Shown piece after piece: positions 9,925 through 19,243 of a stretch of 64,000 nucleotides of DNA (positions are counted from its first letter, which is position 1; the number at the start of each line of letters is the position of its first letter). The notes under the pieces were generated by a model, which was given only the letters and a program-made list of their open reading frames with translations, was not told where the DNA came from and ran no database searches. Source of the DNA: Candidatus Melainabacteria bacterium 17Bon1m (GTDB lineage: Bacteria; Cyanobacteriota; Vampirovibrionia; Obscuribacterales; Obscuribacteraceae); the NCBI GenBank assembly GCA_032128875.1, contig JAVLKG010000008.1:192001-256000 (forward strand). The letters run 5' to 3'. The translations under genes and the position numbers were made by a program.

Positions 9925-10872
9925 ATGAAAGGGAAATTGAAACTCAAACTCGTTTACGATCCGCGCTACAACTCGGATTTGAGCGTGCTGGGAATTACTG
10001 TTCCCTTCGCACTCGACCGCGGTCAGCGCGTGCTCGATGAGTTGGCGGCTAAGAACGGTATCACTATTGCCCACTGTCGCCCCAAGCCGCTGCGCAACAG
10101 CGACTTGCTTCTCGTCCACGACGAGAAATATCTGCAAAGCCTGCGCAACCCAAAAACCTGGCAACAGATTTTCGGGCTGCCGAAGGCGCCTGAAAACAAC
10201 GAAACCACGAGAAAGGCAATTCGCAAATTGCTCGCGGAAATTCGGCTGAAATCAGGTGGCACCCTGCACGCTGCAAGGCACGCTCTTCAAAGCGGACTGG
10301 CAGCGAATCTCGGCGCTGGCTATCACCACGCCTTCGCCGGACACGGAGACGGTTATTGTTCCATCAACGACATCGCCATCGCCATTCGCAAACTGAAAGC
10401 GGAAGGGCTGTGCAAGAAGGTAATGATTGTCGACGTAGACTTGCATCAGGGCAACGGCAACGCGGCGATTTTCCGCGACGACCCCGATGTTTTCACGTTC
10501 GACATTCACTCACAGGAAGCCTATCCGCAGAAAAAAGAGAAGAGTTCGCTCGACATCGCAGTCAGCGACGAAGAGCGGCATCTCTATCAGGAGAAGCTGG
10601 AAGCCGGTTTGAATCAGGCGCTCGCCTCATTCAGTCCGGACCTGATCTTCTTTGTGCAAGGCAGCGATCCGTATCTGAAAGACGTAGGTGCGGGCTTCCG
10701 CTATCTCCGGCTCACGCTGGAACAGCTGAAGAAGCGAGACAAGTTCGTCATCGACACATGCGTGAAACGCGGCATCCCCGTGGCTCTCGTGTTTGCCGGT
10801 GGCTACGGACCGGAAGTCTGGCGCGTGCACTACAACGCCGTTCAGCACATGATGGACAAAGAAAATTCGTAG
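9925..10872 (+). CDS. Histone deacetylase family (Zn-dependent amidohydrolase)
   Basis: GYHHA..GDGYC..NDIA, IVDVDLHQGNG, GSDP, AGGY. Confidence 0.92.
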   Translation: MKGKLKLKLVYDPRYNSDLSVLGITVPFALDRGQRVLDELAAKNGITIAHCRPKPLRNSDLLLVHDEKYLQSLRNPKTWQQIFGLPKAPENNETTRKAIRKLLAEIRLKSGGTLHAARHALQSGLAANLGAGYHHAFAGHGDGYCSINDIAIAIRKLKAEGLCKKVMIVDVDLHQGNGNAAIFRDDPDVFTFDIHSQEAYPQKKEKSSLDIAVSDEERHLYQEKLEAGLNQALASFSPDLIFFVQGSDPYLKDVGAGFRYLRLTLEQLKKRDKFVIDTCVKRGIPVALVFAGGYGPEVWRVHYNAVQHMMDKENS

Positions 10873-11001
10873 AAGATGCGGATGTGCGATCCCGGTCGTT
10901 TCATTGAGTTCGTTCGTAGAACTTGATGAACACCGGGGTTGCATGTCGGCATCTCCTTTTCGCGGCGTTCTTACTAGTCTTTATCATAGATAGGATACCG
11001 A

Positions 11002-11056
11002 GAAGAAAACCCCTGGAGATTACACACCAAATATGGTGCACATCTCCAGGGGTCTT
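11002..11056 (-). terminator. Hairpin terminator downstream of the SDR gene
   Basis: 12-bp stem ACCCCTGGAGAT/ATCTCCAGGGGT followed by a T-rich run on the minus strand. Confidence 0.6.
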
Positions 11057-11099
11057 CCAGAACTTTCGTTTGTTCTACGACTGCCGACTGCGTTCAGAC

Positions 11100-12053
11100 C
11101 TACTTGTCGGTCTTGTCGCCCGGGGCTGCGGCAGTATTGTCGCCAGTCTTCTCGCTGGCTTTGCTGTCAGCCTTCGGCTGCGCAGCAGGCTTCTTGACCG
11201 GCATCTGCTTGGGCGGTTTGCCGAGGAAGAAGTCGGGCAGCGGCGCTACCTTCGGGTGCACATTGTACTTGCTGAGGTCCTTCACGCCCGTGCCCTTGAG
11301 GACAGTCGAGTCGATGAAGAAGTTGCCCGTGCAAGCGTCCGACGGCTGAGTGAAGATCCAGTACGCGGCATCAGCGACGATGTCCGGCGTGCGGGCAGCA
11401 GCGAAAGACTCCGCCACATCGCCCAGGATATTGCGAATCGCCGACGTGTCGATGGCGGTCTCAGGCCACAGCGAGTTGACCGCAATCTTGTGCGAGCGGA
11501 ACTCCCGAGCCATACCCAGCGTGCACATGCTCATGCCGTATTTGGAGAGCGTGTACGCGAGGTGCGGCGCGAACCAATCGGCGTCCAGGTTGAGCGGCGG
11601 CGACAGGTTCAGGATGTGCGGGTTGGTGCTCGCCTTGAGGTGCGGCAGCGCATGCTTCACCGTCATGTAGACGGCGCGGGCATTCACTGACTGCATGAGG
11701 TCGAAGCGCTTCATGTCCGTGTTCTCAGTGTCGGTCAGTTGAATCGCACCGGCGTTGTTCACGACGATGTCGATGCCGCCGAAGGCTTCCACGGTCTTGG
11801 CGATGGCGTTCTTGATCTGCTCTTCATCGCGCACGTCGCAGGCAATTGCGATTGCTTCGCCGCCCGCTTCCTTGATGGCATCCACTGCAGTGTGGATGGT
11901 GCCGGGCAGCTTCTCGTGTGCGTTAACGGTCTTGGCGGCAACGGCGATTTTGGCGCCGTCTTTGGCCGCCTTCAACGCGATTGCCAGGCCGATTCCCCGA
12001 GACGCCCCAGTGATGAACAGAACCTTGTTTTTGAGGTTCATGTGGTGCTCCAT
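11100..12053 (-). CDS. Short-chain dehydrogenase/reductase, HSDL2/citronellol dehydrogenase-like
   Basis: ITGASRGIG, LPGTIHT, NNAGA, NLSPPL, YTLSKYGMS, VNSLWP, TGNFFID. Confidence 0.92.
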   Translation of the reverse strand: MEHHMNLKNKVLFITGASRGIGLAIALKAAKDGAKIAVAAKTVNAHEKLPGTIHTAVDAIKEAGGEAIAIACDVRDEEQIKNAIAKTVEAFGGIDIVVNNAGAIQLTDTENTDMKRFDLMQSVNARAVYMTVKHALPHLKASTNPHILNLSPPLNLDADWFAPHLAYTLSKYGMSMCTLGMAREFRSHKIAVNSLWPETAIDTSAIRNILGDVAESFAAARTPDIVADAAYWIFTQPSDACTGNFFIDSTVLKGTGVKDLSKYNVHPKVAPLPDFFLGKPPKQMPVKKPAAQPKADSKASEKTGDNTAAAPGDKTDK

Positions 12054-12902
12054 ATTGTTTTTGGAAACTCAGTCAGGTAGCGACATTCCGCTCGAGCTTC
12101 ACCGGTGGAAAAGCGCGCGCGAAAAGAGCTATCAAGATTGAATTTCAGGTCTTTATTAGGATTTTGTCGGAAAGAAAACAGCAGAAAGTAATGGCGTTTA
12201 TCCTCCACAAGAAGAGGCTGCGCGTTCAATTCTTGAATACTCGACAAAACGGGCACAGGCTTAGATCTCGCACAGAATCAGCCTTTGACATCTTCGACAT
12301 GAAAACGGCGAACATTGCGACTCTCACACTTGCGCGAAGAAATTACCGAAAGGCGCAACCAGCGGCATGTCAAGACACGCATCGGTAAGCGATTCACGCA
12401 GCTAGTGAACACTTCAAAGCGGACTACCAAAACAGTTTTCAAGCGGTCCAAAAACTCACCAGTCGTCCATATTTGCCGCATTTAAGCCAACAAATGGCGG
12501 AGGACATGCGAACCGGAAAACCAGTTGAAAAGCGCCAGATCCTCGCGCGCACAGGGGTTTCACACATATGTAAACCTCTTTGAACAAGCTTAAGGTCACA
12601 CTTGTTAATAAGCTCATAGAGTCACGTTTTTGTTAGTTTCTATACGCTCTTACTTTTCATTTTCTCCGCCAGATCTCTCCAGACAGTTCCCACAATTGCG
12701 TTTTTTTTCGTGCCCACCTCGTCGAGCGAACAGCTTGCAGGGTAGACACGGCTCAGGAAGGAATGCGCTTGCGCACAGCGATCAAGCAATCGCACTGATA
12801 GTGAAACCGTTTGGCAGGTCTCCGTGCGCATGGTGCGTGCAGGTACAGCGGAGAAGTAGGAGTGACAGATACTGCTGAGAAATCAGCAAGGATGAACTTG
12901 TT

Positions 12903-13424
12903 ATGAACGTTTTGCAGCGTCAATTCGGGCCGCATTTCGTCGCGATGGTCAAGGCTTCGCCTCGACTTCTAGCCGACGTGAAAAAGCTCCGGCGCCGCGG
13001 AGTTCGAATCAAAACTCTCCGTGGCTCGATCGACGCCTGGTGCATCAAAGACGACAAACTAGTCGCTCTTGGCACAGGCAATCCTGCGCAAGTCACCGTG
13101 TTGGCACTGGCTCACGAAGCCAACCACATGCTGCGCGAGCGCATCAGTATGGCAGCCGTCAATCGTGTTAGCGAAGCCAGATGGGTTCGCGATTTCATGG
13201 AAGAAGAGACGGACTGCTTCTACCGCGAGGCTCAGACTGCCGATGATCTTCTGCGAGCTGGTTTCAAGCTCACGAAGTACGCTCGCTCCTGGTTGCGCAC
13301 GATGCGCAGAGGTGGCAGAGCAGCAGTGCGTAAGCGGGTTTACCGCACGCGCGTCACCGGAACCAGACTGAGCTACCCGGAATATGTCCGAGCAATGTAT
13401 CGCGAGTATCGGACAGCAGCCTAG
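12903..13424 (+). CDS. Hypothetical Arg-rich HExxH zinc-metallopeptidase-like protein
   Basis: LAHEANH with a downstream EE helix. Paralogue of 15232-15804. Confidence 0.7.
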   Translation: MNVLQRQFGPHFVAMVKASPRLLADVKKLRRRGVRIKTLRGSIDAWCIKDDKLVALGTGNPAQVTVLALAHEANHMLRERISMAAVNRVSEARWVRDFMEEETDCFYREAQTADDLLRAGFKLTKYARSWLRTMRRGGRAAVRKRVYRTRVTGTRLSYPEYVRAMYREYRTAA

Positions 13425-13631
13425 CTGCTTCGAGTGAGTTCCCTTGGCTCGTTTTGCGAACAGCAGTGATGTTGTTTTCACCGAGCCCTTGCAACTCTGC
13501 TCGCCGCGATACACACAGCGCTTATTTGCGACCCCTCATTTACGAGCGAAGTTTGCTCAAGAAAAACGGAGTGCGCCCAAGCATTCCGCCACAGACCGTG
13601 CGATGCGCGGTCTCACAAGAGGAAAAGCACT

Positions 13632-13844
13632 GTGGCACGTGAAAAGAATTGCACACACCCCAGGGGCATCGAATACGTGAAGTATGTCGGTGGCTACGAG
13701 CTCTCTGACGGCGGCTTCCATGCCACCTTCAGCTGCCGTTGCCCCGATTGCTTCGCGGAAGTTCCGTTGACCTGCTCGGGGTCGAAGGAGTACGTGGAAA
13801 ACTTCCACGCCGAGATCAAGGCAAAGAAGCTGCTGGATTACTAA
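13632..13844 (+). CDS. Small hypothetical protein, possible zinc ribbon
   Basis: GAGGA RBS before GTG, CTH..CRCPDC. Confidence 0.55.
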   Translation: MAREKNCTHPRGIEYVKYVGGYELSDGGFHATFSCRCPDCFAEVPLTCSGSKEYVENFHAEIKAKKLLDY

Positions 13845-13864
13845 TCGGCTGAAAAGCTGACCGG

Positions 13865-14035
13865 TAATTCTCGGCTCGCGTTCGTCCGCGCGTCGTGGTG
13901 GAAGGCTCTCAGGTAGCCGCAAGCGGCTCCGTGCGAAGATGGCGTTTCTGCCTTCTTTGCTGAGTTTTTCGCTGGGACGCGCGGGCGGTGCCTGCGTCTG
14001 TCAATGGTTCCACGGACGAGTAAGCGAGGGTTTCA
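13865..14035 (+). ncRNA. Putative structured RNA or leader of unknown class
   Basis: Nested stems with G-U pairs on the + strand: 13875-13888/14013-14028, 13883-13894/13976-13987, plus two inner hairpins. Confidence 0.35.
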
Positions 14036-14118
14036 AAACCAGCGCAAGACTCGCACAACGCGTCAATTTCAGGCGCGTTTCTGTGGAGTTTAAAATGCGT
14101 ATTTTTTAGGAGATTTAC

Positions 14119-14544
14119 ATGAGCACAAGCATCATGTACATCCTCATGGGCGTCTTCATTCTGGGCGCCATCATCATTGCCGCCAGCGCGCGCCGTCGTC
14201 CCGTCGATCCGAGCTATCGGAAAAACAAGCTGGCGAACGAGCTGAGGTGGCTAAAGATCGGCATCGACGAAGTCGACCGCCGCCTGCAAGCTGCAAAGAA
14301 GTGCGCGTGCAATGTCGAAGCGGCGCGCAATCTGGAGAAGGTGAAGCACTATCACCAGCGCGCCGACTCTGCTGTGAAGGGCATCGCCAACGGCACCAAT
14401 CACGACATCCTCGCTGCCGAAAACGAGCTGACTGCGCATCAGCAACTGCTCGCCAACGCGCGTGCTCATCTGGAGCGCGCCGAGCACGAGAAGTGCGACA
14501 TCCCCGAAGAGGGTCGCGCAGGAGGTTGCCGTGACGATGAATGA
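14119..14544 (+). CDS. Hypothetical protein with N-terminal membrane anchor
   Basis: AGGAG RBS, one TM helix then a helical domain. Confidence 0.7.
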   Translation: MSTSIMYILMGVFILGAIIIAASARRRPVDPSYRKNKLANELRWLKIGIDEVDRRLQAAKKCACNVEAARNLEKVKHYHQRADSAVKGIANGTNHDILAAENELTAHQQLLANARAHLERAEHEKCDIPEEGRAGGCRDDE

Positions 14545-15106
14545 CCAAACGCCGAAGGACAATTTCGGTCGCAATCTCTACTTGATCACGCTGCTCGCTT
14601 CGCTGGCGGCGCTTGTAGTCACGTTCGTCTTCTGCTCCACAGCAGACGCAGCGCCCGCACGCTCAGCTCTGCGTCCGCTGGAGAACGAGATGCTGCGCAT
14701 CGCGCAGAGCGCACAGGGTACGACTCAACCGCCTGCAGTCGGTGTTCGTGACGTGAGCTGGGATGAGCTGCAGCAAGAAATCGCGTCCAATCGCGGTGCC
14801 ATCGTCATCGAGTTTTATCGCAACGGTTACCCGGACGACCCCGCCGTCGCCGACGACTGCGACAACTGTGCAAATCAGTTGGCCGGTTACGAAAACACGG
14901 CGGCGCGTTTCGCGGGTAAGGTGACCTTCCTGCGCTTCGATGTCGACAAGCATCCGCAACTGATGCAGCTAGGGCTGGTCGTCTATCCGACTCACATCTT
15001 CATGATGCACAGCCAGTCGGATCTGTGGACGCTCAGCGTCAGGGGTTTCTTAAACGAGAAACAATTCGAAGAGCTCATCGACGAGCTTTTCAAAATAAAG
15101 CCATAA
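14537..15106 (+). CDS. Exported thioredoxin-fold protein
   Basis: Signal/TM segment, IVIEFY..CDNC, FLRFDVD, YPT (cis-Pro), G..L. Start overlaps the end of the upstream gene. Confidence 0.75.
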   Translation: MNDQTPKDNFGRNLYLITLLASLAALVVTFVFCSTADAAPARSALRPLENEMLRIAQSAQGTTQPPAVGVRDVSWDELQQEIASNRGAIVIEFYRNGYPDDPAVADDCDNCANQLAGYENTAARFAGKVTFLRFDVDKHPQLMQLGLVVYPTHIFMMHSQSDLWTLSVRGFLNEKQFEELIDELFKIKP

Positions 15107-15231
15107 ACCAGGAGAAACGAAGGCGAGGTTGATTAAACCTAGCTGGTAGAGCCGGTTTTTCCAAGAAAGCCGTTCACAGAAAGACGGCACCTTGGTACCA
15201 TGGTTAGTGGCACTGCTCAGAAGGATGAGCC

Positions 15232-15804
15232 ATGGAAAGGTTAGCCAAACAGTTCGGCGAGGGACTCGCTGAGCTGGTAAATGCGTCGCCTACACTTCAG
15301 CGTGATGTTGCCGCCTTGCGAAAAGCGGGCGTGCGCATCCGACGCTTGAAGGGTATCTGCCGCGCCTATTCGCGCTCGGAGCCCGGCCGCCCACAAGGCG
15401 CACTGCTCTGCATAGGCGAGGAATGCTCGCCCATGATGCAAGCGCACTACTTGGCTCACGAGGCCTATCACATTCTTGCCGGCACGACCAACACGATTGT
15501 CGACCCCACCAAGGTTTCCAAACGGAGGTTCATCAGCGCCGCAATGCGCGAAGAAGCACGATGCCTCGCCCACGAGGCACTCGTATCAAAAGAGCTTCAC
15601 GATGCCGGATATCCAGTAGGCGAGGCAAACCTCACCTATCTGGTTGATTACCTCACCGGTGGTTATCGGAAAATTCGTCTGAGACTCGAGCGCGAATGCC
15701 TCTCCGGCTCGCTCATCTCTTACACCGATTACTACGGTCAAGTGTACGATCGCCGTGTGCGAGAACTTGCCCAGCGCAGACGCGCTCAGCGAAAAGGCGC
15801 ATAA
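15232..15804 (+). CDS. Hypothetical Arg-rich HExxH protein (paralogue of 12903-13424)
   Basis: LAHEAYH..EEARC. N-terminus QFG..V.ASP.L..DV..LR..GVRI is shared with the paralogue. Confidence 0.7.
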   Translation: MERLAKQFGEGLAELVNASPTLQRDVAALRKAGVRIRRLKGICRAYSRSEPGRPQGALLCIGEECSPMMQAHYLAHEAYHILAGTTNTIVDPTKVSKRRFISAAMREEARCLAHEALVSKELHDAGYPVGEANLTYLVDYLTGGYRKIRLRLERECLSGSLISYTDYYGQVYDRRVRELAQRRRAQRKGA

Positions 15805-15923
15805 CCGGCGCTTTCTACAACTCGCACGCCGCCGTCGCTCACGAAAAGGGTGTAACACCCGCGACTTTGATTCAACGAAGCCACCGGAATGCTTTTGCGC
15901 ATTCCAAACTAGAGGATTTTGCT

Positions 15924-16307
15924 ATGGACGCAAACGCCATCAGCATCTACCTCGTCATCGCTCTCTTCTACGCGGTTGTCTGGGGCGGACTCATCTTCGC
16001 TTTGCAGAAGACCAAGCATCTGCGCGTGCCGCAACGGAAGTCGAAGTACTCTCCGTTCTCCCGCGAGATGCAAGAGGCGGTTTCGAAAACTCACCTGCTC
16101 GCCGACCGCTACGAGTGGGTAAAAATCCAAGCGGACAACAGCCATTCGCCGAAGCGCTACCATGCCACGCGAAAGCTAGAGGACGCGGCCGAGCAGCTCA
16201 AGCTCGCCCGGGAGAGCCTCGCCGTCGATAATCTTGCCGCGACGAATACGGCTTGTGACGCAGGTCTCAAGCTGATCGAAGACGCCGAGCAAGACCTCGC
16301 CGGATAA
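15924..16307 (+). CDS. Hypothetical protein with N-terminal membrane anchor
   Basis: GAGGA RBS, TM helix then helical domain. Confidence 0.65.
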   Translation: MDANAISIYLVIALFYAVVWGGLIFALQKTKHLRVPQRKSKYSPFSREMQEAVSKTHLLADRYEWVKIQADNSHSPKRYHATRKLEDAAEQLKLARESLAVDNLAATNTACDAGLKLIEDAEQDLAG

Positions 16308-16329
16308 CCCGAACAAGAAAGTCTCTCAG

Positions 16330-16788
16330 ATGAACGAAATCATCTGGATAATCGGTGGACTAGGCGCCTTTGCGCTGGTCGCCGGTTTCTGCGTCAAGAA
16401 AGGCTGGCCCTTCGCATACTTGCAAGAACCCGCTCAGGAGAACGTCCCCGAGGAAAACCTCGAGGCGCTCACCGCCGAACTCGAGACCGTCATGGCGGAA
16501 GCCGTGCGCGAGCTCGACATCTGCAACCCATACATCTCGCGCGAGAACTGGAAAGAACTCGGCGAGGAAGAGCTGCTAAAACGACAGCGCGCCCGCCGCA
16601 TGTACATCTACGCCTACGAGGCGTGGCGAAAAGCGGAAGAGTGCGCAGACTTCAACGGCTCGAACGGCAACATCGATTTGCGCATGATCGGCAGCATTCC
16701 GCTTGTCCGAAAGGCAGGCATCATGAAGGCTCGCCAGTCAATCGAGCAGTCGAAGGAAGTGCAGAATTTCCTCGGCTTGAACAGCTGA
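16330..16788 (+). CDS. Hypothetical protein with N-terminal membrane anchor
   Basis: TM helix then helical domain, 22 bp after the previous gene. Confidence 0.65.
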   Translation: MNEIIWIIGGLGAFALVAGFCVKKGWPFAYLQEPAQENVPEENLEALTAELETVMAEAVRELDICNPYISRENWKELGEEELLKRQRARRMYIYAYEAWRKAEECADFNGSNGNIDLRMIGSIPLVRKAGIMKARQSIEQSKEVQNFLGLNS

Positions 16789-17447
16789 CACGGTAGTGAC
16801 GATACCAAAATAATAAGAGCGGCAACCGCTCAGAGAGCAAAACAAACTTTGGGCGGTCGATGGAAGCCTTGGTGAAAACCTAGTCTCCATTGACCACTCT
16901 TTTTTAAGCGGCCACCTACTACACGACTTCGTACCCCATGCCTTCGTACCCCATGCATAGATTGCAGCTGGTCGACCTAATTCGAAATCACATTTGGCCT
17001 TTAGTCCGAAAAATTCCGGTTTTTCGGAGAGAGTGTCGCGGCGCAATTCGCGCCCTCTACATACTCAGCGAAAGAGAGGTCCCATCCAGCACGTTTAGAT
17101 GCTTCACGAGCAGGCCTCTTTTTCCAAAGATGCAGCGATCCGCCGCGAGCAGTTTTAAGCAACTCCCGACAGGCCCAATCCATGGCGTTCGTGCAAGTTT
17201 CGCTAAGTTTTGACTTACTCCCTTAGCTCAGCTTCTATCAAAGATATTTTTTCAAAACTCTCTTGAGGTTATAGGTTTCATGAGCTGTTTCAGATAGGTT
17301 CAAAACATCTCTGTTCGATCTCTTCCGCACAAAACCAAAGCGCTCAAAGCCCCAACTCTCCAAAAGAAACGCAAGCAAACTCTTGAGCACTCGGTGCTGC
17401 GTTGGTCATCGAACAGAATTTTTGCAACATCAAAACCTAGTAGAAAC

Positions 17448-17915
17448 ATGAGCAAACCACATCCGCTAGTTATTCAAGCTGGTCGACTCCGTTCGCAAAT
17501 CCAGCTTGCCGAGGGCGTCGCAGCTATCGCCGAAGCTCTCCTGTCCGGAATGCTGACCGTCCAAGAAGACGACAAGATTCCGAAGTTCCAGCGTCAAATC
17601 GGTCGCGCCGCGATTGAGGAGATTTTGGAAATCACCCGCAGCGAAACGAAGCTGGTGAAGGATCGTCTCAGTGCTCTTCTGGAACAGTGCACGAAGAATC
17701 AGGAAGTGCCAGCTGAAGAAGCCGACGCCATCGACACCGACATCACCGGGCGCGCCATCGCGCAGATCAGCCGCCTCGGCAACGTCGGTCCCAACCTGGT
17801 GAAATCCCTCGAACATCTGCCCAAGCTGTCTCCAACCGCGCTGGGCGATTTCGTAAAACGTGTCGCCGACTCGATGCGCCTGATGCCGAACACTGACACT
17901 CCGGCAGCCGAATAA
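17448..17915 (+). CDS. Hypothetical helical protein
   Basis: ORF with biased codon usage followed by a hairpin and T-run (about 17941-17998). Confidence 0.6.
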   Translation: MSKPHPLVIQAGRLRSQIQLAEGVAAIAEALLSGMLTVQEDDKIPKFQRQIGRAAIEEILEITRSETKLVKDRLSALLEQCTKNQEVPAEEADAIDTDITGRAIAQISRLGNVGPNLVKSLEHLPKLSPTALGDFVKRVADSMRLMPNTDTPAAE

Positions 17916-18084
17916 GGCAAGGGCGACGAACAACGAGTAAACAACAAAGCAAGAGCCCGGGATTGGTCACAAACCAACCCCGCGGCTTTTGTTTTTGAAA
18001 GCATTTTTGCTATATGTTTTAGTATAACGCTCGCAAACCAGATTGGGGTTTTTCCTGTTGCTCAGGTTCTAACTTGATCGAATA

Positions 18085-18726
18085 ATGCCAAAACGACGAA
18101 CACCAAAGTTGTTCTCTTCAAAGCTTCATTTTGAAAAACCTCTTCAGAGCTTGAATGTGAAAAGCAAACTTAGAAAGTTTAGATGCAAGCTCGATTGTTC
18201 GCTGATAGGGCTTCTCTTCACTTGCGAGCTTGTTTCATATGGTCCATGTCACGCCGATGAAAGTGAAGAGAAAGCAGAGAAGATGAAGGTTCCCACTGCA
18301 CCAATAACCTTGCTAATCACAGCGGCCAAGTTACATCGAGACAATATCTGGACAAAGGAAGTTGGTTCTGAAGCGGAACTCGAACAAATCGTACGTGAGT
18401 ACGTTGCAGGTATCGCTACCGATTGCCGGTTTAACAGAGGCAGATTTTCTGCTGAAAACACGCACTGGCTAAAGGATTTACTAGAGTGGCGCAAAATCAA
18501 AACATCTGGAAAGTCACGTTATGGATCATTCGCAAGCAAAGAAACACACGCAGCCAGAGCGGCATTGGTGGAGTTTGCGGACAAACGTACAGTGCAAATA
18601 ATCGACGACGCTATTGAAAAATTCGGACCACCGCACCATCGCAAATTTGAGTTTTGGGACAACAGGCATGGCGACCCTCCGCCGAAGATTCCTATCAGTC
18701 TGAATTCGAACAAAATTCAGACTTAA
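18085..18726 (+). CDS. Hypothetical protein (start uncertain, possibly exported)
   Basis: 213-codon ORF in an AT-richer stretch, hydrophobic segment LIGLLFTCELV. Confidence 0.5.
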   Translation: MPKRRTPKLFSSKLHFEKPLQSLNVKSKLRKFRCKLDCSLIGLLFTCELVSYGPCHADESEEKAEKMKVPTAPITLLITAAKLHRDNIWTKEVGSEAELEQIVREYVAGIATDCRFNRGRFSAENTHWLKDLLEWRKIKTSGKSRYGSFASKETHAARAALVEFADKRTVQIIDDAIEKFGPPHHRKFEFWDNRHGDPPPKIPISLNSNKIQT

Positions 18727-19095
18727 TGCGAATATCGCCGATAGATATATCCACTTACCAAAAGCTTCTTGAATACCCATTCTCGCGCGCTTGCGCGAAT
18801 GGTTTCTCGCACAAATGTCATGAACGACAAGACACCGACACACTGTTCTTTCAACCAAGTTGTCGTTTTTCCAAGAGGAAAGTTGGCAAGGTGCAGATTT
18901 CATCAAATGTTCATGATTTCAAGACGAAATCACTCTTCTCTATAAGCTAGAAGATTTCTGTTTTACTTTTTTTCTTTTCAAGAGCACGCGACAGCTTTTC
19001 TCGTTCAAATCCCTCTCCCTGCACTCCATGCGCGCAACTTCTGAACTTTTGCAGGTTCGAACAGAAGGCCGCTCATGAGTCTTGAATGGGTTCTG

Positions 19096-19155
19096 AACAA
19101 AGCTTTCAACAAAGCTTTCAACAAAACTTTGAACAAAGTTTTGAACAAGCTTCTC
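19096..19155. repeat. Five tandem 12-bp repeats (consensus AACAAAGCTTTC)
   Basis: aacaaagctttc aacaaagctttc aacaaaactttg aacaaagttttg aacaagcttctc. Confidence 0.85.
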
Positions 19156-19243
19156 GAAAGCTAGTCGCTGCAATTCCCGAACAATCTGCCATGCGAAGTC
19201 GATGGGTCATCGGCTTTGCAAATCTACGTCTGAAGGTGGAAAT

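Noticed and set aside
19096-19155. Possible CRISPR array or plasmid iterons
   Set aside because: Units are 12 bp with no spacers; no cas or rep gene nearby.
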